A stretch of 64,000 nucleotides of DNA, from the NCBI GenBank assembly GCA_043228905.1, contig JBHGNT010000006.1, positions 3,410,001 to 3,474,000 on the forward strand. The letters run 5' to 3'. The translations under genes and the position numbers were made by a program. The stretch comes from Azolla caroliniana. Lineage: Eukaryota; Plantae; Polypodiophyta. Shown piece after piece: positions 12,571 through 24,939 of this stretch (the first letter of the stretch is position 1; the number at the start of each line of letters is the position of its first letter). Below the pieces are notes generated by a model. It worked only from the letters and a program-made list of their open reading frames with translations, ran no database searches and had not been told where the DNA came from.

Positions 12571-15170
12571 GATACTCCAATTGCCCCCCAGTTTTCGGAT
12601 TGGAACTTGTAAAATGCTCAGGACAAAGGAACTATCCCTACGAAAATTGAATTGTGCGCTAAGTGCTACTACTGCGGGTTTCCTTTGCTATGTTTAACCA
12701 TCCCAAACCCTTGTACAATATTAATTGTTTTAGCAAGGAAGAAATGAGGATATCTTGTTTTATAATGAGGAAGAAATGAGGAATTTCATTACACTAGCTT
12801 TATAATTTTGGTTTAAAATGCCGATTCTCTCACCTAATCAGTCGAAATCTCATAGGGCCATGGTAAATGGATTTATTCGGCTTGGCTTTAACCAAATAGC
12901 TTAGAAATTTTTCCTCGGGAAACTATTTAAACCAATGGCAAAATATCAATGTCAGACTACAACATGGTATTTTGGGTCTATAAAATTCATGTTTTCCATG
13001 AAAATTTTATTTGCGTCACATTCATTCTCAAAAGTATTAACATATGATGCCTTTGAAATAGATAGTTAGATAGGGGAATATTAATGTTTCCCACATTTTA
13101 AGTTTTTAGCAAAACGTATATATTTTTTCTATGACGTACAAATAAACCAGGTCCAGAGAGAATATAAGAAATTGCCTCCCTCATTGTTTAAGACACAGAT
13201 CCAATATATGTATGTACAGTACATATACTAAAAAAAACAAAACAAAATGAATAGATGTTTTTCTTGTTTGAATGTCTATGTAATGATTCAATCACTTAAT
13301 TATTTTGTACATCTCTCTCTTCCAAGTTCCCACATTCTCAATTAATTTATTACTTCTTGATTCTCTCCCACCACCATTAACTCATTGACTTAATACTTTA
13401 TTCCTTTCTCCAACATTTTCCCTTCTTTGAAAATGTTCTATGGTTTTACCCTTTAATGGTTTGTGGCATGTGCCTTTTTGCTCGCTATCAAATTCTCTCA
13501 ATGAGATTGTTCCTCCTCGAGTAGCAACCGATTGTAGTTTTTTTTGGAGGTTGTGGTTCAATGCATGTCGTCCCGTGGTTGGCCTCAGTGAGCCCAACAA
13601 ATGATTCCCAGACCGAGCCTCACTCTTTGTTGTGTCCACGGGCCATTGCCTTCCTTACACACACAATGTCAACACTACCATGGAGCTACCCTAGAAGACA
13701 TTACTCGCTTACATGCAATACGACACAACCCTCTCCACTTGATCACAAACACATACATATATGGAGCTCAATTAGATGATGCATCCCTCATAATATAACT
13801 ACCCCTCACTCCTAGAGGCATATATATAACCACAACCAACTCTATTTTTTAATTGGGTTACACAATTATACACTCATGAATATGTACTTATGTAAGCGTT
13901 TGATAGGTTTGATTTGCATTTGCAACTCATGAGTGAAGACATGTTGTCCTACAAACTATGAACATGTTTATATTTAGTCCAAAACTTCTGTAATTCAAAT
14001 AAGGCATCATGGTTTGTAAACCCACGAATAGCAAGGTGGACAATTTCATTTTCATTGCCCCTTTCATTATGACAGGTGTAATATTATGCTTAAGGTTATG
14101 GAAATGTAGGTATTGATGAAAACTTGAAAAGTAAATCTTTAGTCGTTTGTAATTTTCTCATAGCTATCATATTCTCACGTTATTCATTATGCATGGATTT
14201 CCAGTTGCATATGTATTTCTTTTAGCATAATTCTTTGCAATGGTAATTTTCTTCCATTCCTACAAAATTTGATCTTATTTTTTGGGGAATAATTTTGAAC
14301 CCACAATAGCAAATTGAGTTGTGCAGGGCATTGCAATAATTACAGGTAAAATTGAAAATAAGGCATCAATTCAGGTGAACGTTGCTGTAATTCAGTTTGT
14401 ACTGAAGGGATGTAATGGAGATCATGAAAATGTCTTAGTCTAGGGGGTGTCTCAAATATGCAATACAGGGTTCCACAAACATATGGGAATGCTGAAGAAA
14501 ATTAGCACAGTAGTTCTCATCTGTTAATCTTTGCCAATGACCATACATACATGCGGGGTGAGAAGCAAGCATGCATTATATAGCCAGATTGATCATCATT
14601 TTGCTAGTCCAGGGCCAAAGAATTTTCAGCATGGTAATAATGCATGGACACATCCCATATAAAAAATAATTATTTCCCAGATGAGTCAATGCATATGAAT
14701 TTCTGTCCGGGTAAACAGGGCATGTGGATCATTTCCTCTTGATTTTAGGGGGATTCCATCATCTTAAGGAGCTTGCTTCACATTTGGAAAAAATCTGAAT
14801 CTGAATCTGGTTTCTTTTTTTTATTCTCTTTCTCAAAATCATTGCCCTAGTGAGCACCCATGCCTACAGTAGGTTGCTTGTATTTCTCTGTTTTTGCTTC
14901 AGATATAGGAAAGCTTGAAGTCATGCTATCCTGATAATTTCTATTTAGAAGTCCTCCTTGATTAGAAGGTAGTCCTGAAATAGGGCATATCAACCATTGG
15001 CAGGGCTTCAGTCACTGTTATGGGGGGAAGGGTAGAGTTATTTTAGTCAATTTACCATGGTACTATGGTTTCTATTGGCTCTCCTATAGTCTTTCAACTA
15101 TAGACATGACTTGAAAAATCTTTCAATCCAGTCATATGCATCTTTTAGTCTTCAGAGGTTAAATTTTCCA

Positions 15171-18119
15171 TTATTCGTGCATGCTATACATGTTACTCAT
15201 GCAAACCAGTGCTACCACGTTATTTTCATCTAGCTGCACCAAATTCTCGAATGCCCATCTCCCAAGATCTATGTTTACCCATTTCTGACAAGCACCCAAC
15301 AAAACTGACAATACACAAACACGGTCAGCAGATGGTACATTTTCAACAACAATTGCAGCCTTTTCAAGGTGCCCGGCACGGCCGAAAAGATCAACCATAC
15401 ATGTATGGTGTTCCCGTGTTGGGATGAATCGGTAGAACATAGTCATGACATGATAGTAAAATTGTCCTTCTTCCACTAGACCTGAGTGACTACAAGCAGT
15501 CAGCAAGACAACAAATGTTACCATATCTGGCATTATACCTTCTGTTATCATATTATTGAATGAGATGAAAGCCCGTCCAACATAACCAAGCTGAGCATAT
15601 CCAGCAATCAGTGAATTCCAAGCGACGGCATCATGTAATGGCAGCTCATCGAAAACTTCTCGTGCTTTGCTAAGAGACCCACACTTGGCATACATGTCAA
15701 CTAATGCAGTGCCAAGTACAATATCTTTTCTCAATAATCCATGCTTCTTCACCTCCATATGAATCTCCTCTCCCTTGTGGATCAATCCTATATTACCACA
15801 GACTTTCAAAATGCAAGCATGAGTGACTGCATCTGGTAAGAGACCCTCATCAAGCATGCTTGAGAAGCAGTCCAGAGCTTCAGCACTAAGCCCATGATCA
15901 GCATACCCAGTGATCAATGTAGTCCAGGAAACTACATCTTGCACAGGAAGCTTATCAAACACTTCTTGGGCTTTTCCAATCTCGCCACACTTCACATACA
16001 TGCCCAGCAATGCATTACCAAGCAAATTATTTCTTTCCAGCAACCTTTGCTTCTGCAGCTCGGCGTATATCTCTTCTCCTTTTTGAACCAAGCGTAAGTT
16101 ACCGCATGCTTTCAATATACAAGTAAAGGTAACCTCATTCGGGGATATATCATTGTCTCTCATCCTTGCAAAGCAGTCCAAAGCTTGACTGCTGAATCCA
16201 TTCTGAACATAACCAGAGATCATTGCATTCCAAGAGACAATATTGGGAGTTGGAAGCTCATCAAACACTTGTTGTGCTTTCAGAAGCATGTCACACTTTG
16301 CATACATATCCACCACTGCGTTTCCGATCACAGGATTGTTTGTTATTAGCCCTCGCTTTCTCACCTCGGCGTGTAGTTTTTCTCCCTTGTCGACTGATCC
16401 TGTGTTGCCGCAAGCTTTCAAAATACAAGAAAACGTGATTGCATCCGGTTCAAAACCAGCTGCTTGCATACGCACAAAGCAGCTGAGAGCTTCATCACCA
16501 AGCCCATGCTGGACGTATCCAGAAATCAGAGCATTCCACGAGATAACATCCCTTTTGGGAAGATCAACAAACACTTTCTGTGCTTTTACAAGCATGCCAC
16601 ACTTGGCATACATGTCCACCAATGCATTTCCCAGCGCGATATTGTTTTCCAATAATCCATCTTTACTGAGTTTGACATGTATTTGTTCCCCCATCTCCAA
16701 TAATTCTAACTTGCCACAAGCTTTCAAAATACAAGCAAAAGTGGCTGCATTCGGAGAGAAGCCCTCTTTCTTCATCCTTGAAAAGCATGTTAGAGCCTCT
16801 TCACTGAAGCCATATTGAGCATACCCAGCAATCAGCACATTCCATGAGATGGCATTTCTGATGGGGAGCTTGTCAAACACTTCCTGTGCTTTTGAAAGCA
16901 CACCACATTTGGCGTACATGTCCACCAATGCGGTACCGAGCACAATGTTTTTGACAAGAAGCCCTTGTTTGTTAATCTCAGCATGTATCTCTTCTCCCTT
17001 CTCGAATGACTTTACGGTGCCACAAGCTTTCAAAACACAAGAAAAGGTGACTTCATTTGGAATAAGGCCTTGGTCTTGCATTTGGGAATAACATTTGAGA
17101 GCTTCATCAGCAAGCCCATTCTGTGCATAGGCAGCTATCAATGCAGTCCATGAGACAACATTTCGTTCTGGAAGCTCATGGAAAACTTCTAGGGCTTTGG
17201 AAATTGCTCCACATTTGCCATACATGCCAATCAAAGCACTTCCCAGAACCATATTAGTTTTCAACAGCCCTCTTCTCCTAATCTCAGCATGTACTTCTTC
17301 TCCCTTCACAAGTGATCCAATGCCACCACATGCTTTCACAACACATGTAAAGGTGATCGCATCAGGCAACATGCCCTCACCCTGCATTTGCGTGAAACAG
17401 TCCACTGCCTTGTTACCAAGTGCATGCTGGGCATACCCAGCTATTAGTGCATTCCATGTGGCAACATCACGCATCGGGAGATCATTGAACGTCTCTTGTG
17501 CTTTTGGAAGAACACCACATTTCACGTACATGTCCACTAATGCATTGCCAAGGAGCACATTGTTTCGTAATGAACCTCGCTTATGGATTCCAGCATGTAT
17601 ATATTCTCCCTTCTGAAGTAACCCTACGCTTCCACAAGCTTTTAAAATGCAAGTAAACGTGACAGCATCAGGCAAGAAGCCCTCGCTTTGCATTTGCTCG
17701 AAGCACTTCAAAGTCTCAAAACCACGGCGATGTTGGGAATACCCTGCTATGAGCGCATTCCAAGCAGCGACATCAGGCAACAATGGAAGTTCATGAAGGG
17801 CCCTTCTTGCCTCTGCAAATGCACCACATTTGGCATACATACTGACAAGGGAGGTACTAACATAAATATCCTTTTGAATCGATTCTCTTTTGAGGAATTC
17901 AGCATGCATTTGGATGCCTCTGTCCAAGTCCTTATGTTTGCCACAAGCCTTGATTGAATCCAGGAGGACATGGCGATACTGAAGGTATTCTTGATGGGAG
18001 AGGTTGGGGAGGAAATCTACCTTCTCCATCATGGGTATATTCAAGTCATCTTGGACCAATGCACAAGAGAGACGATTGAGAACACCATCCAGATATATAT
18101 ATATACATCCACCACTCAC
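15171..18119 (-). CDS. PLS-class pentatricopeptide repeat protein, E-subclass without DYW (probable organellar RNA-editing specificity factor)
   Basis: 982-aa ORF with ~8 P-L-S triplets (WNALIAGYAQ..., PDAVTFTCILKACG..., GNALVDMYAKCG). These are followed by L2/S2 (ACSHSGLVEEG; CMVDLFGRAG) and E motifs (LLGACQKW...MSNMY), then a stop. The first in-frame ATG is at 18032; the true 5' end is uncertain. Confidence 0.93.
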   Translation of the reverse strand: MSGGCIYIYLDGVLNRLSCALVQDDLNIPMMEKVDFLPNLSHQEYLQYRHVLLDSIKACGKHKDLDRGIQMHAEFLKRESIQKDIYVSTSLVSMYAKCGAFAEARRALHELPLLPDVAAWNALIAGYSQHRRGFETLKCFEQMQSEGFLPDAVTFTCILKACGSVGLLQKGEYIHAGIHKRGSLRNNVLLGNALVDMYVKCGVLPKAQETFNDLPMRDVATWNALIAGYAQHALGNKAVDCFTQMQGEGMLPDAITFTCVVKACGGIGSLVKGEEVHAEIRRRGLLKTNMVLGSALIGMYGKCGAISKALEVFHELPERNVVSWTALIAAYAQNGLADEALKCYSQMQDQGLIPNEVTFSCVLKACGTVKSFEKGEEIHAEINKQGLLVKNIVLGTALVDMYAKCGVLSKAQEVFDKLPIRNAISWNVLIAGYAQYGFSEEALTCFSRMKKEGFSPNAATFACILKACGKLELLEMGEQIHVKLSKDGLLENNIALGNALVDMYAKCGMLVKAQKVFVDLPKRDVISWNALISGYVQHGLGDEALSCFVRMQAAGFEPDAITFSCILKACGNTGSVDKGEKLHAEVRKRGLITNNPVIGNAVVDMYAKCDMLLKAQQVFDELPTPNIVSWNAMISGYVQNGFSSQALDCFARMRDNDISPNEVTFTCILKACGNLRLVQKGEEIYAELQKQRLLERNNLLGNALLGMYVKCGEIGKAQEVFDKLPVQDVVSWTTLITGYADHGLSAEALDCFSSMLDEGLLPDAVTHACILKVCGNIGLIHKGEEIHMEVKKHGLLRKDIVLGTALVDMYAKCGSLSKAREVFDELPLHDAVAWNSLIAGYAQLGYVGRAFISFNNMITEGIMPDMVTFVVLLTACSHSGLVEEGQFYYHVMTMFYRFIPTREHHTCMVDLFGRAGHLEKAAIVVENVPSADRVCVLSVLLGACQKWVNIDLGRWAFENLVQLDENNVVALVCMSNMYSMHE

Positions 18120-18200
18120 AAGGACTCTGTTTTCTTAATTTATATATATGTGTTTTTATTTTTGCTTGTATCTGCCTCTGTATGTGCCAAGTGGCCTCAA

Positions 18201-18440
18201 GAGAGCTTAAGCATCTTTGTGAGGCAAAAGTCTTGCTTCAATACGGTTTATACACACACACACATGTATCTTCATGAGCACATAAGATGAGGATGAGTTA
18301 CGCAAATACTCCATGGAAAAGAGAGCTTAAGCATCTTTGTGAGGCAAAACCCTTCCTTCAATACAGTTTCTATACATATATACACATCGTCATGAGCACG
18401 TAAGATATGGATGGGTTAGCTAAAAACTCCCATGGAAGGT
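18201..18440. repeat. ~120-bp tandem duplication upstream of the PPR ORF
   Basis: 'gagagcttaagcatctttgtgaggcaaaa' at 18201 and 18321, with similar downstream sequence. Confidence 0.8.
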
Positions 18441-20658
18441 AGATGTATACACACATAGTACCTTGGAGTTTCCGGTAGTAGCAGAGAGAAAGGCAGGGCA
18501 GAAGCAGGACTAAAGAAACAGAGAGACTTGCCAAAGTAATCCATGCTATGAATGAGATCAAATGGTGTATACTAATACAAGTATGTATATGTGTATGTAA
18601 TCTTGAAGCCAATGCTTTCACATTCTGCTCTTCACATCAATAGACACTCTTCGTTCGAATGGTCATGACTTCTGGTGGAGTCCCTGAAGCCCATCATTTG
18701 GGCTTCCCGATAAAGTTGACCGCAAACTCCGGTACAATATGCATAGGGACCCGATCGACATTTTAGACCTTGACAAACCTTTGATCATTCATTGTCTTTG
18801 TTGCTTGCTTGCCGAAGTAGTGTTAGTCGTTTGTTGTAGGTTATATAAGAACAGAGCCCATTCTAACCCCTTGCCTTTTGATTCAATTAGGTTTGGTGTT
18901 GTAATCCAAGTTTTTTAACCCTTCCGAAAAGCATGTACAATGGATTATTGTACACATTCCCTTGCATCAGTTCTTTTAGAATGCATTGGGTGAATTCCAT
19001 ACGAAACACCTTTTGGTATTCCTTTGTTCTTCAAGAAAAGGGAATGCCACAAAGACATTCATCTTCTTTTGTTTTGTCAACTTAACAACGATCTTTTTCT
19101 AATTACCAATTTGATGTGTTGGCTAATGGATCACATAATATTTAGTTCATTTTCAACTATTCATTGTTTTTGTTTCTTACATGTTCCTTTGCGGTTATGT
19201 ACTCGACATCTTTGGGCAAAATCCATCTTCAAACTTACATAGTCCTATAACATGTAGAACTTTAACTGTAGACATAACAATTCCCTCACCATGATAAGTT
19301 TAAGACATGATAGCTTTGTCATTATGATATGGTGCAAAGCTAATAGCCCATTATGCAATATTGTATGTCCACTCCACATTTACAAGCATATAACAATCCT
19401 AGAACTATCGTCAACCCATTAATAATTTTTTCGTGCAATCATCTCCATGGAAGGCTTCACCTAACTCATCGGGTAGAGGGATAATAGAGGCATAGGAACG
19501 AGTCAGGATAAGTAGATTCACCTTTTTGTCTCTATATAGTGTGCTTGTTAGTTTCATTTCTAAGACAAGTGAACAAACTATAACGTCTGGTCTCATAAGC
19601 CACATTGATAGATGTTAATATGTTTTCATCATAAAAGTGGTATATGTACTATAACAACACGTCAACATGAAAAACCCTCGTTGTCCCCATCTAATAACAA
19701 GGATCTTATGGTTGTAATTTTTCAAGGATAGGAGGGACAACAGACATGGACATACCCGCACCACTCGGCCTCTCCCTCGCTGAAGTGAAAAACCAAAGAA
19801 CAACCAAATGCCCTCAAATATTGGGCCTCAAAGTCACTGGTTATGTAACAACAATTAAGAAGATAAGAGAACGTGAGTTACATTGCCTAGAAGCTATGGT
19901 CAAGATATCTTTTACATCGGGACCATGGGCCACACCCACATTGAAATCCTTTGACCTCCCACTCCTTTTTGAGAGACTTGGATGGAATGAAACTAGTCCC
20001 AACACATAGTCATTTTCCTTTATAGAATATGTTACACCATAACATCTTTTGTACCATAAGAGAACTCTTTTATCTACGTTATTTTATTTTGATTTTCGGC
20101 CCCATTATTGTAACCATGGGCCAAATTTGGTCATTAGGTAATTGGGTCTATGGCACTATTGGAGTTTGAGAAATGGGTTCTTCATCGATGGTCTCCATCT
20201 CATGGGCCAAATTTGGTCATAGAAAACGTTAATATATCTTTCTTTATGGTGGTTTGAGGTTAGGTAACGTAAAGGCAACTCATTTGAGGATAAAGTGTTT
20301 GCAAAGCTCATTTGTGGGAATTGCTAAATCAAATTTCTTTTTGACCCACATACCAATTGCGGCTGTGGATATGACAACGACACTCCCTAGATGGAGACCA
20401 TCAAAGAAGAACCCATTTCTCAAATAGTAGATAGCCCTTAGGAAGGGTGACAAAACAATTGAGATTGGCTTCAAGAGTTGAGCAAGGAAAGAAGCTCGTG
20501 GGTAGCATTCCTCCATGAATCACCATATATAGGAACACACGGAACAAAAGGATGCCCCATTGGAAACTGTTGTCCCGCGTTCGCTAGAGCACCTTGAGAG
20601 TGCTAGGGTATAGAGCATGTGCAAGCGAGCGATATCTTAACCGCAGATCAAGCTTAAG

Positions 20659-20767
<109 letters not shown>

Positions 20768-20994
20768 TATTAATTATATATCATACATATATATTACATT
20801 ATACATATATGTACATATATTACATATTACATATATTATACTTGATATATAAGGTATGGTATATGTATATGTATATGAATACCGTGGTGTCTAACTACTA
20901 CCAAATATTAAAGAGGGCAAGTGAGGGAATCGCGGAGAGGGATGGTGCAAGTCGCTAGATGAGGGCGCATGCGATCTGCACCGTCCAATGTGGC

Positions 20995-21215
20995 TGTGGA
21001 AAAGGCGCGAAAAAGCGTGCCAATTAAAGAGGGAGCCCGTCTCACAGAAAAAGGAGCCCGTCTCATTAAAGAAGGGCTCCACTTTGTGAAAGGGAGCCCT
21101 TGTGGAAAAGGCGCGAAAAAGCGCACCAATTAAAGAGGGAGCCCGTCTCACAGAAAAAGGAGCCCGTCTCATTAAAGAAGGGCTCCACTTTGTGAAAGGG
21201 AGCCCTTCTCATTAG
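20995..21215 (+). repeat. Left subterminal repeat array of the MULE (GGAGCCCG-core units; ~103-bp block duplicated)
   Basis: Block 'tgtggaaaaggcgcgaaaaagcg..ccaattaaagagggagcccgtctcacagaaaaaggagcccgtctcattaaagaagggctccactttgtgaaagggagccc' occurs twice. It is mirrored by CGGGCTCC units at 26750-26855. Confidence 0.9.
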
Positions 21216-22255
21216 TTTGAGGGAAGTATAAAAAGCCATTTTCTGTCATTTTTTTCTTGTTTTCAAACAAGAAGCGTGAGGTTGAGGGTTTAGGGTTTTT
21301 GAGCGCACCGCACCACCTGCTGTTTGGCAGCACCTGTTGCAGACATCTTCCGTGAGGCACAACACCGGTTGTCCGCAAGCACCTGCAGTCTAGAGGTAGG
21401 TATCATATTCCTTCTATTAGGTTTAGGGTTTTATTAGGTATCATATTCCTTCTATTAGGTTTAGGTTTTATTCCATGTCATAAAAACCATCAACCTAATA
21501 TGGATGATTGCTTGAACCTAATATGATTTTATTCCTTCTATTGTGTCTTCAAGCAATCAACCATGGTTTTGAGTAGACATGGAATAAAAAAAATACTTGT
21601 CTATGTGTATTCAAGCAATCATCATCCATATTAGGTTTGAATGTCATTATTTGAATGCTTAAATTTGCCCATGTGATTCATGCATTATTGGGCTTTTTTA
21701 TGCCCACATTTAAAGGTCAAATCTCAAATCTTGTATACATTCTTTGCGATGGCTTGACCCCAAATAATAATAATGTAACGAATGCCTTACTAAAAAAAGT
21801 TGTGTGCTATGTAAGTCTACGTAAGTATGTTTTAAGTTGGAAGTAAAACGTTGTGTCCATTATAGTATTCTAAATGATAAATGATAAATTCTTGCTGAAT
21901 GAAATTAGGATTCTCCATGAAGACCAACTATTTGTCATGAACTCATGAACTATGACTATGATTTAAATACGTATCATTATTATGGTTATCTCCCTTAATT
22001 TAGAATGTGCCCTCTATGTATATATATTACAAAAACTAAAATAAAAACTGCAAGTAGCATTCATGAATTTTAAATTATTGACATTAATATGTTAGAATTT
22101 GTTAAGATTGATCTATTTTTTGAAATCATTGACAATTTTTGTCCATTTCAAAATCCTTAACACTAATGTATTGTGTAGAAACAATAGGATAGACTCAAGT
22201 ATTCTTGAATTTAAAGACAAACATATGGTAATGTTTTGGCATGTGTTTTGTACAG

Positions 22256-24284
22256 ATGGCTAGTCGGTCCAAGACCTTCATAGACTTTGATGCGGATTGG
22301 GGTGAAACAATACCCTATGAAGGGAGGTATGGCATGAATCATTTCTCAACTTTATATTGTGTATAAATAGTGATGCTTGTTGAATGATGGTTTAGGGTTT
22401 TTGTAAGAAAGGGTGCTAGGTGCCCCAAATCCAACAATATGGATGCTGAAAACATCATTACTGAAGACTCGAACATGGATACGAACCCCATACATGACGT
22501 GGGGCCAGGTGTTGAAGATATCAGTGTAAATGGTGAGTTGATGTACATTCTTATAATCATTATTGAAGTAAGTATATATTGGGTTTTTCTAATGCAAATG
22601 TCACACCATTGTTGTAGTGGACCCCATGTCCCTCTTCAAGGCGGGAAGAGACTCGACAGGTATCAAATGTCGCACATGTATCGTTGGAGATTCATGTAGA
22701 AAAGAGGTACGATGGTTTCGCAAAAAAGTTGACATGGAGGCTCACTTACAGAAGGCACATGGCATCCGTGTAGTACTGCCTCGGGGGCTAAAGATAGAAG
22801 AAGAAGAGCAATCAACCTCCATGAGGAGTACAACCACGTCATTCTTCAGCCACTACGAAAGACAACGATCAATAAAGCGTTTTTTGGATCCGGAGCTAAA
22901 GTACAACAGGTCACGCCAATCACACATGAGGAAGTTGAGGACAAGAGCGATTAAGATCTTCAAAGCCACTCCGAACGCACTTCAAACATCCAAGGAGGCC
23001 GATTTCATTGCCCAATTCGTCAGCCAACAAATGGCCAGGTATGACGAGGGAAAGGAGCATAGGATGGCAAAATTGAAGTTGAAGATTGCGGCTGTGTCTA
23101 AAGCTTATGTAAGTAAGGTTTATGATTATGTGTGCATCTTATGTGAGTCTAAATCTAGTGTGTGAATGATTATGTGTGAATCTTATGTATGAATTTTAGT
23201 GTAAGAATCATGGAATTCCCATGCCAGAAGATGAGACACATGTCGAGATCGATGGTGGTCAAGACCAACTGTCAGAATCGACAACCCAACAACCAAGGAG
23301 GCCTAAAATCCAAATCCGCAAGAAAACAGTGGACCCCAGTAAGTTGTCGTTCATTACATCATTTGACACAGATGAGGGTGCGGACATTGGGATTGTCTTT
23401 ATTGGTCCTGGGACAATCACAAAAACATGGGATAACACAACAAGAAAAAAGTTCACTAGGTATGCCGTTATGGTGGGGGCATGAGATCAATAGTTAACTT
23501 CATGTTTTTTTTGTAGTTACTAATCTGGCCTAATAAACAGGTTTCAGGTGGCTTGTCGACGATTAGATCTAGCGGTCTTTTTGACGGAGGTAGAACTATG
23601 TTCGTTGGGCACTGTAGGAGAGATGGCATCCACATGGATGATGACCCTCTTCCACTTATGGATGGAGTACTCGTTGCCCCCCGAGATCAACAAGCGGTTT
23701 CATATTGTGGATCCACTATGGGTACAACTAGAAGGCCAAAGTGATAAGGGTGAAGACATACTCACTCGGGTCCCTAAACGGGAATATGTCTTCATTCCGA
23801 TATTGCACTCAGGGCATTGGGTGCTTTGGTTGAAGATGCGACAGACTCCTATAGGTCTCGATGCCAAGGTGAGGAGCCATATTATTTTTTGCGATCCACT
23901 AAATCATCATCCGACTATCGGCATGAAGACATTGGGTGATTTGGTTGTACAACATATCTCTAGCGCCACACACGACCATTGCATCATCAACAACGAGCGG
24001 TTCCAGGTATTGCATATCCCAACCCAACCTAATGGGACGGATTGTGGGTATTACGTGATGCAAACCATTCGAATGTTGGTCGAGGAGTTCATTCAAGGAT
24101 TTGAGTCTGATCAATTTGTAAGTATTTATGAGAATTGAATTTATGAGAATTGAATTTGGGCTTAGGTTGATGGCATCTTGTGGTGTAGGGTAAGGAGCAA
24201 TGGTTTGGATTCGAAGATGTGCAGCTCCTTCGGAAAATCATGGCAAAATGGACACGAAGGACTCTGGGCATAGGGTTATTTTAA
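22256..24284 (+). CDS. Transposon-borne C2H2-zinc-finger / Ulp1 (peptidase C48, SUMO protease)-like protein, ~543 aa; exons 22256-22326, 22396-22532, 22618-23108, 23200-23459, 23541-24117, 24189-24284
   Basis: All five GT-AG introns join the ORF fragments in frame (1632 nt, no internal stop). It has a CRTC...HLQKAH zinc-finger-like motif and the C48 catalytic motifs FIPILHSGHW, FCDPL and TQPNGTDCGYYV (His-Asp-Cys triad plus oxyanion Gln). Confidence 0.85.
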
Positions 24285-24349
24285 TCACTAGCATGTTGTA
24301 CTTTGTAACATCAAACATATGATCTCGATTTACTATCTCATGTGGATTG

Positions 24350-24720
24350 TCAACTTTTTTGTAATATCTGGTAAATAGTTGAATCTCATTTTGGTTGTAT
24401 ATGACTCAATTTGATGTACATTTTGGTTGTGAGTCTTATTGTGTGAATCTCATTTTGGTTGTATATGTCTTTGTTGATGTACATTCTGGTTGTGAGTCTT
24501 ATTATTTGAATCTCATTTTGGTTGTATATGACTCAATTTGATGTACATTCTCATTTTTGTAATATCAAATCAATATTTGAATCTCATTTTGGTTGTATAT
24601 GACTCAATGTGGACTCTATCTGAAAATCATTTTGTAATATCTGGTAAATAGTTGAATCTCATTATGAATCTCATTTTGAATCTCATTTTGGTTGTATATT
24701 TGGTTGTATGTTTTGGGTGT
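24350..24720. repeat. Internal tandem repeat array of the MULE
   Basis: Core 'gaatctcattttggttgtatatgactcaatttgatgtacatt' is reiterated about 5-6 times with variants. Confidence 0.85.
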
Positions 24721-24939
24721 CAAAAGAATAAAACTAATAGCTTATTGACAAGTAGTCACGGCAATGGTTTTTGAGAAAGGCCAAGAAAGAGTAAGTATAT
24801 AGAAAGAGTGTTGTAATCAAAGAACGTTGTTGTAGAAAGAGTAAGTATATAGAAAGAGTGCTTCGGTCCTTGTTGTAAACAATACGAAAGACATAACAAG
24901 ACTCAATGTCAATCTTATTCAAAGACATAACAAGACTCG

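Noticed and set aside
15209-17971. Several plus-strand and alternative-frame ORFs up to 191 aa overlapping the PPR gene
   Set aside because: Antisense or shadow frames of the repetitive PPR coding sequence.
18650-20600. Possible decayed retroelement, with a short inverted repeat at ~20164/~20388
   Set aside because: No diagnostic motif could be read with confidence.
20995-21215. Regularly spaced short repeats that superficially resemble a CRISPR array
   Set aside because: The spacers are themselves duplicated, there are no cas genes, and the context is eukaryotic. These are transposon subterminal repeats.
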